Assembly: GCA_012798055.1 (NCBI GenBank)
Contig: JAAZOA010000144.1
Location: forward strand, 1 to 26,009
Origin: Syntrophomonadaceae bacterium
GTDB lineage: Bacteria; Bacillota; Syntrophomonadia; Syntrophomonadales; Syntrophomonadaceae
DNA length: 26,009 nt
Direction of reading: 5' to 3'
The translations under genes were made by a program, and so were the position numbers. The notes under the pieces are model-generated. The model was not told the DNA's origin and made no database searches. It saw only the letters and a list, made by a program, of their open reading frames with translations. Every line of letters begins with the position of its first letter. The first letter of the stretch is position 1. Below are positions 24,814-26,009 of the stretch, one piece after another.

Positions 24814-25506
24814 CTATGGCAAGCGCTGGGCCCGGGCGGCGAAGCCGCCGATATCCGGCATGGACCGGATTGCGGCCGGATCCTTAACGCCATTGACATT
24901 GGCCGTGTATACCTTGCCATAACCGCCCCCGTATAAATTGTGGAGATCAAGTACCACCCCGATTATGTAGAGAGATTTATGGGCAACCAGTGGTGCTACT
25001 TCCGGGATCTGCAGCAGGGCTTCGACTTGCTGGTCCACGTTTATTTCCGACAACCGGGCCGGATTCCGGGCTGCAGCCGCCAGATCCACCTTTATGCCTG
25101 CGCAGGCCTGCTCCAGCGATCCTTTGACTGTGTTAAGTTCGTTGACCAGGGCGGGAGGTTCCGAACTGTATTCCGAGGTGGCTGCCTTGATCGCGCCGCA
25201 TTCGGTGTGGCCGGCGACGATCATCAAAGGTGTGTGTAGATGCAGTATCCCGTACAGTACTGATCCTTCCGAATTCTTGACCTGGTTGCCGATGTTCTCG
25301 ATGCAGAATACCCGGTTGAAGGTGTCGCCCAGCATGGAGGGCGGGACCCGGGAATCGCAGCAGGTCAAAAGGGTGACGAATGGGTGCTGCTGGTAATTGC
25401 CCTTCCTGAATGCCTCCAGGGGAAATCCGGCCGCAAAGGATTCCAGGCTGGCATCCAGTTCCTGCAAAAGGGCGGGCAGGTCAAAGTGGGTGGGCTCATG
25501 TGACAT
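24814..25506 (-). CDS. Beta-class carbonic anhydrase
   Basis: Zn ligands C-x-D-x-R (CCDSR) and H-x-x-C (GHTECGA), NIGN, and GSVLYGILHL.TPL; AGGAGG SD. Confidence 0.88.
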   Translation of the reverse strand: MSHEPTHFDLPALLQELDASLESFAAGFPLEAFRKGNYQQHPFVTLLTCCDSRVPPSMLGDTFNRVFCIENIGNQVKNSEGSVLYGILHLHTPLMIVAGHTECGAIKAATSEYSSEPPALVNELNTVKGSLEQACAGIKVDLAAAARNPARLSEINVDQQVEALLQIPEVAPLVAHKSLYIIGVVLDLHNLYGGGYGKVYTANVNGVKDPAAIRSMPDIGGFAARAQRLP

Positions 25507-25551
25507 AACAACAACCTCCTATAATGATAATTTAATATTATATAAATGATA

Positions 25552-25580
25552 AATATAGATTATAAATAATCATGGTGCAA
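25552..25580 (-). promoter_or_regulatory. Candidate sigmaA promoter of the carbonic anhydrase operon
   Basis: Minus strand TTGCAC-N17-TATATT within a very AT-rich tract. Confidence 0.5.
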
Positions 25581-25941
25581 AGGGATTTCTAGATTTTTAT
25601 AGAAATTATCTTTTGGTTAACTAGAGATCAAGGGTGGTCGCTGCCGGATTTAGATGCAGCCTCAGGGATATTTTACCACCCGGAGCATAGCTCCACAATA
25701 CATACATGGACAGATAGGGATTGGCTGAAGACGGTGGTGCAACCGTCTCATATAGGCCCGGGTATTAACTCAGACTCTGGCATGCTTCGGAAGGCGGGCG
25801 TTCGGAGTTTTGAGTCGAGAACCATATAGGACACAGGGCTCGACCGATGACTGTGTCACAAATTTCAAGGGGGGGATAGACCGGACCGCCAATAGAAATA
25901 TCGACGCGCAATATTAAGTGTGAGGGAGAGTGAATTGTAGG

Positions 25942-26009
25942 ATGAATTTTATGACTCCAGGTGAAATCGCGGTTGCGGCAGCAAATGCCGGCAAAGTCAA
26001 ATCCGAACT
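25942..26009 (+). CDS. Probable formate/nitrite transporter (FocA/FdhC family), N-terminal 22 codons only
   Basis: MNFMTPGEIAVAAANAGKVKSE resembles the F.sP.Ei......G..K N-terminus of FNT channels; GGGAGAG upstream; runs off the window. Confidence 0.55.
   Translation, partial: MNFMTPGEIAVAAANAGKVKSE

Noticed and set aside
25598-25862. Rex, FNR, CRP or sigma54 sites upstream of the FNT gene
   Set aside because: Only half-sites were found (atcaa, tcaca), with no acceptable full palindrome or GG-N10-GC match.
1-26009. CRISPR arrays, tRNA/rRNA genes, transposases, integrases, defence systems
   Set aside because: No regularly spaced repeats, cloverleaf or rRNA signatures, or matching protein motifs were seen.

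Overview
Housekeeping region of an anaerobic Firmicute (Clostridia; the gene content suggests a Syntrophomonadaceae/Peptococcaceae-like organism, which is inference). The backbone follows the conserved Firmicutes order: glmU (5'-truncated)-prs-pth-mfd ... yabM/murJ-mazG-hup-yabO(rqcP)-[small HTH gene]-divIC-yabR-ppx/gppA. About 12.8 kb of accessory genes lie between mfd and yabM, where B. subtilis has spoVT. They encode a DUF389 membrane protein with a triplicated C-terminal domain, a Si-citrate synthase, a bacterial aeRF1-like protein, PfkA, MscS, glutamate 2,3-aminomutase, an OmpR/HisKA two-component pair, and an nhaA broken by one in-frame TAA. The window ends with a minus-strand beta-carbonic anhydrase plus divergent guanylate-kinase-like operon, back-to-back with the start of a probable formate/nitrite channel that has a highly structured upstream region. 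No tRNA, rRNA, CRISPR array, integrase or transposase is visible. Several starts were moved from the ORF track to better Shine-Dalgarno-supported codons. All calls come from motif recognition by eye; no database search was run.
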